The translations under genes and the position numbers were made by a program. Source: Antedon mediterranea (lineage: Eukaryota; Animalia; Echinodermata). Taken from it: a DNA stretch of 64,000 nucleotides. Each line of letters opens with the position of its first letter. Positions within the stretch are counted from its first letter, which is position 1. Below, piece by piece: positions 60,901 to 64,000 of this stretch. The stretch spans positions 744,001 through 808,000 of the forward strand of contig NC_092674.1 of the NCBI RefSeq assembly GCF_964355755.1. Reading direction: 5' to 3'. A model generated the notes under the pieces. It saw nothing but the letters and a program-made list of their open reading frames with translations, did not search any database and was not told the DNA's origin.

Positions 60901-63873
60901 AAGGTTGATACTATTACTTGGTTGCTGGTCAGATGTATAAACAAAACATATATTGTAATTTATTTCATTTGCAATTTGCAAATATTGACAAAATAAAATC
61001 ATGAATATGTGCGCTATGTATTTTATCAAAGTTTATTGAACAAAGATAGAATGTATCTAAATTAATTATTAAAATAATCAATAGATATTAAACTGTTACC
61101 TAATTACTATATTGTTGAGGAGTATATAAATATTATTTAGTGAGACTGTATAAATATTAAACTGTTACCTAATTAAAAAATAGTTTCACAGTTTTGCCAT
61201 CGAGGTAAGCATTAGTCATAATACACGTATATTCCAGTTCTGTTTGTTTTCGGTTAACAGGCAAAAACGCCTTAAACTCAAAATTCTTGTATCCCTGTAT
61301 ATTATTAAGTATTAATAAATATTATTTAGTGAGACTGTATAATAATACGTAATTAAACTGTTTTACTATTAATTACAATGTTTTTAAATATTATAGTATT
61401 TTCAAGTATTAAGAAGAGGTACCTCTCTTCATGACCTTTTACCAGGAAAGCTATACCTATAAAAACTGTTGCAATATGTTATGCTTTTTTTTTATTATAA
61501 ATGTTTTGCCAAGTATTAGAACTAGGGAAATCATGTCTTCTTCCCCAGTAGAACACAAAACTATTAGATGACAGGTCTAACCTTCATAATAATATTTTAA
61601 GCCTTTACTTATAATGTTAAGGAAATAGTTATCTTGGGTTGAACACATTCATCAAAATCAGCTACAATGTAGTTTTGCAGTATTGTTGTTAATTGAGACA
61701 AACATTATTAATCAATTGATGTTTTGCAGTTTTTTTCAAGAGCATAAAATTGAAAATAACTGGAATGTTCAAGTAAAACCGATACCTTTATTATAATATC
61801 ATGAGCAGTGTAATGCTACAGGGGGAATGAACAACCAAAAGTGTATTTAACATCTAGAGTTAAATTGCAGCTGTTTGGTTAGTTATTGGGTTTTGTTGCC
61901 CCATCCTTTGTTCTTTTTTTAAGGTTTAAACTACTGTACGATCGAATATAATCCCAGGGTTGAAGTACAATCCCACAATATATTTTAAACTTTGGTAAAT
62001 TAAGTGCTAAACACGCCCCAATAGTTACCTCCTACTCCTCCATCTTACATCACATTAACCTCCAATTGTAGGCCTACTGCCAACCACCCTTTCTGTACAC
62101 ACAAAATAAATATTTTTTCTTTAATTTTTTACCAAGTTAACATTTCAGTTAATTTTATTTATTGTAGTAATCCGTGGCTTTATTGTTAGAAGAGAATTCA
62201 ACCGAAAGCTTGAGAAACTAAGTCGACAGAGAAAGTACATTTCCAGCTTCCTTCAAGATTTACAAACACGAGGAAACGCTTTCCATAAGGTAACGATTCC
62301 TGGCAATCCAAGTCTCTTAAATTAAATTCTAGTTTTCTTACAGTAGACCTACAGTATACTCTAGCCGCATAGAATATTCCCTATCTTACACCCACAAGAA
62401 TACAATAATACCTTTTGTGCATCTTGCTTACAAAAGTTTTAAATTCTCACAAAAAAATGATGTTTAGTTTACTTATAAACTTTGAATTTCTGTGCCAACT
62501 TTCAATTTCTTACTGTATTTGTTTAATGTGTTTTTCATTATCTGTTTCCTACTAAAATGGAAATTACAATGTATGAAATATATCCAGTTTCTGATGAAAT
62601 GATTACCATTCTCTTGTCATTTCACCATATATGTTCACATACTGTTATACAATAGCATCTGCAGGCCTCTACTTTGGACACCTGTTAATTCTGCTGTCTA
62701 CACTATCAAACTTTATGTGACAAAAAGTGTGATGTGTATATGGTAGTGATATGATATCATCATGTCCATATATGGACAAGGATATCACATTTTTTTGTCA
62801 CTTAAAGTTTGATAGTGTAGACAGAGCTTTATACTTTCTTGTGAAACAGGCACATTGTATGTTTTAACACTATTGCCAACAGGCACATTGTATGTTTTAA
62901 CACTATGGCCAACAGACACATTGTATGTTTTAACACTATGGCCAACAGGCACATTGTATGTTTTAACACTATGGCCAACCCTAATTCTGGCAACACCACT
63001 ATTATGGAAACACTTTGTTGTGTTCTACTGTAATTATCAAAATTCCTTTTGATTTTTGTTTTCTATTTTTGTAGACCTTTGTTGAACTGAATGAACATGA
63101 CACTATAACAGATCTGGAAGAAGAATTAATTAATATTGCTGATGATAATGGTAAAAAATGGTAAGTCTTCCTTCCATCTCCAGTGACCGCTTCACCACTC
63201 AGCTTGATTGATACTTAGTTCTAATATATTAGAGCTCTTTATGGAAACACAAGACTACCATTATTTTGAATATCAATAATATTTAAGTGGCAGTTTATAT
63301 TACACAATTAATAGCAACATTATTTAACAGTATTACGTTGGGTTTATGTTACACAAGACTTTTTGTGATGTGAATTAATCATTTCTGCTATATTAATAAC
63401 ACTAGCTTGGGGATCATGTAAAAGGTATTGTACTGCAGTTACTGCAGCAGTAAATTTGTTACTGCAATATCCTATGATTTTAACTTGTTTCTATGTAGAA
63501 CAGTCACTTGAATAAACAGTGGGTACAATAACCACAAAAAACCTGCTAAAAAGAGTAAGCGTAGTTACTGCAGTAACTGCAGTAGAATCATTTTAACATG
63601 ATCCTAGAACTGCAATTTACGATACTGGTAATAAGAATGGGTTTTAATATTAGTCAACATTATATTGTTTTTAGTTTTCTTGTTTGTTTTGTTTATGGAA
63701 AACACTAATAATGCATCAAAACTAACTCTTTAATTAACAGAACTTCACAATATATGCAAATATAATCCAAAAAAAGCACATACTTTTCTCAAAAATGTTT
63801 ATTTCTATTTTACAAAAACACTTAATTTTAGGATTGAATCAGATCCCACATATATGATAATGCATCCTATTAG
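27720..63873 (+). CDS. MYO16: Unconventional myosin XVI (N-terminal ankyrin repeats, motor, one IQ motif, start of tail), at least 26 exons, 3' end unresolved
   Basis: Phase-consistent GT-AG exons: 27720-27951, 30526-30596, 40833-40976, 41294-41402, 41641-41765, 42114-42315, 43562-43718, 44063-44210, 44458-44568, 44898-45191, 46358-46472, 47133-47280, 47544-47649, 47933-48122, 48449-48657, 48961-49110, 50967-51137, 51336-51411, 51501-51664, 51975-52049, 52400-52605, 52970-53072, 56001-56097, 62168-62289, 63075-63160, 63832-63873. The N-terminus [30 protein letters not shown], the ankyrin [16 protein letters not shown] and [15 protein letters not shown]...CQKVIRGF match vertebrate Myo16 as recalled. 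Motor motifs: [33 protein letters not shown]. Confidence 0.9.
28793..30361 (-). mobile_element. Helentron-associated non-autonomous element (HINE/DINE-1-like rolling-circle derivative)
   Basis: Subterminal IRs TTGGTTATCCGC (28826-28837) and GCGGATAACCAA (30347-30358). 5' palindrome ggttatcc-tgcaac-ttc-gttgc-ggataacc (30327-30356). 3' hairpin AACTCGTCA-ctt-TGACGAGTT (28806-28826) followed on the minus strand by CTAG-TTT. No ORF. Confidence 0.72.
33393..34825 (+). pseudogene. DIRS gag-like ORF1 (frameshifted)
   Basis: Starts MPKSECWQC...[17 protein letters not shown]. Pieces lie in ORFs 33321, 34032, 34222 and 34547, with an Arg/Gly-rich end. Confidence 0.7.
34850..36770 (+). pseudogene. DIRS pol: reverse transcriptase, RNase H and N6-adenine-methyltransferase-like domain
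   Basis: [61 protein letters not shown]; [23 protein letters not shown]; [23 protein letters not shown]. Stops at ~34904 and 35801 and a frameshift at ~36277. Confidence 0.9.
36277..37612 (+). pseudogene. DIRS tyrosine recombinase, inactivated
   Basis: [84 protein letters not shown]. The HxxR motif appears deleted and the catalytic Tyr position is TAG. Confidence 0.88.
39562..39684 (+). repeat. Tandem duplication of a ~55-bp dispersed repeat; an inverted copy lies at ~55710-55750
   Basis: aatactgtaggtatcagtggctggatctcaatggagatacaaaataaaataagca occurs twice. The reverse complement tatctccattgagatccagccactgatacc occurs at 55711. Confidence 0.6.
42382..43324. mobile_element. ~940-bp MITE with ggtccgg/ccggacc subterminal repeats and a nested 80-bp IR
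   Basis: ggcctgtca...tgacaggcc termini; repeated ccaaaatcggtccgg / ccggaccgattttgg; inner IR ~42428-42508 versus ~42872-42956. Confidence 0.72.
43742..43850. repeat. Degenerate (gacttaagtata)n minisatellite
   Basis: About 8 units of 11-13 bp. Confidence 0.65.
44688..44841. mobile_element. MITE family A, copy 3
   Basis: aagctctgtctacacta ... tagtgtagacagagctt. Confidence 0.8.
44898..45191 (+). CDS. MYO16: MYO16 motor exon with P-loop
   Basis: [19 protein letters not shown]...PHIYAVAD...[20 protein letters not shown]. Confidence 0.92.
48668..48811. mobile_element. MITE family A, copy 4 (10 bp from a MYO16 donor site)
   Basis: aagctctgtctctacactat ... atagtgtagacagagctt. Confidence 0.8.
49350..50868. 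repeat. Perfect minisatellite, 49 x 31 bp (ATCAAACTCTTTCATTACCCTCATACTTTAT), in a MYO16 intron
   Basis: The unit recurs every 31 nt from 49350 to 50838. No variant unit was seen. Confidence 0.97.
51676..51825. mobile_element. MITE family A, partial copy 5
   Basis: Internal gatgtgccc/atatggtagtgat core ending agtttgatag. Confidence 0.6.
57329..57457. mobile_element. MITE family A, copy 6
   Basis: gctctgtctacactatcaaac ... gtttgatagagtagacagagc. Confidence 0.8.
57840..57980. mobile_element. MITE family A, one-ended copy 7
   Basis: aagctctgtctgcactatcaaact followed by a triplicated cactaccatatttgggca unit. Confidence 0.65.
62693..62829. mobile_element. MITE family A, copy 8
   Basis: ctgtctacactatcaaacttta ... 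taaagtttgatagtgtagacagagctt. Confidence 0.8.
62845..62978. repeat. 4 x 33-bp minisatellite
   Basis: aacaggcacattgtatgttttaacactatggcc, four copies. Confidence 0.85.
63411..63604. mobile_element. ~195-bp MITE, family C
   Basis: ggatcatgtaaaa..tactgcagttactgcag / ctgcagtaactgcagta..ttttaacatgatcc TIRs. Confidence 0.65.
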
Positions 63874-64000
63874 GTAAGGTCAAAGGTTAACTCACATCTC
63901 TCGCTTAACTTTTATATAATGTTCTTGCAGTATGTTATCTATGCTTTTAGATTAGTAAAATGATGAATTTAGTGCTGGATTGATATAATAACTCCAGAAA

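Noticed and set aside
59215-61345. Small local duplications (59215-59330, 61085-61160, 61315-61345; also 17875-17960 and 30425-30472)
   Set aside because: Ordinary slippage-type tandem duplications in introns, with no further structure.

Overview
AT-rich, intron-rich eukaryotic (metazoan) genomic DNA. The gene and repeat content suggests an invertebrate deuterostome such as an echinoderm, but this is inference only. Two host genes point away from each other. A complete 9-exon mitochondrial Era-like GTPase gene (ERAL1) lies on the minus strand at 14004-7485. An ankyrin-repeat myosin XVI gene (MYO16) lies on the plus strand from 27720, with at least 26 coding exons. The rest is a dense and varied set of transposable elements: a 5'-truncated L1/Tx1 LINE; an internally deleted Gypsy-type LTR element with apparently identical 1101-bp LTRs and a tRNA-Leu PBS; two defective DIRS tyrosine-recombinase retrotransposons with intact ITR/ICR ends; a 2.8-kb Academ-derived foldback; a Helentron-type non-autonomous element; CR1/L2-like LINE tails; Penelope remnants with hammerhead-ribozyme relics; several MITE families; and a perfect 49 x 31-bp minisatellite. 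The main leads are four. (1) Both DIRS copies sit, without target duplication, immediately upstream of the same host 8-mer ATTATTTT. (2) Both DIRS copies carry perfect outward-facing splice donors, one of them 84 nt from the acceptor of the MYO16 start-codon exon. (3) The ERAL1 KH domain lacks its GxxG RNA-binding loop, and the G domain has a ~180-aa acidic insert. (4) This MYO16 keeps fully canonical motor motifs. All exon and homology calls were made by eye and from recalled family sequences, with no database searches.
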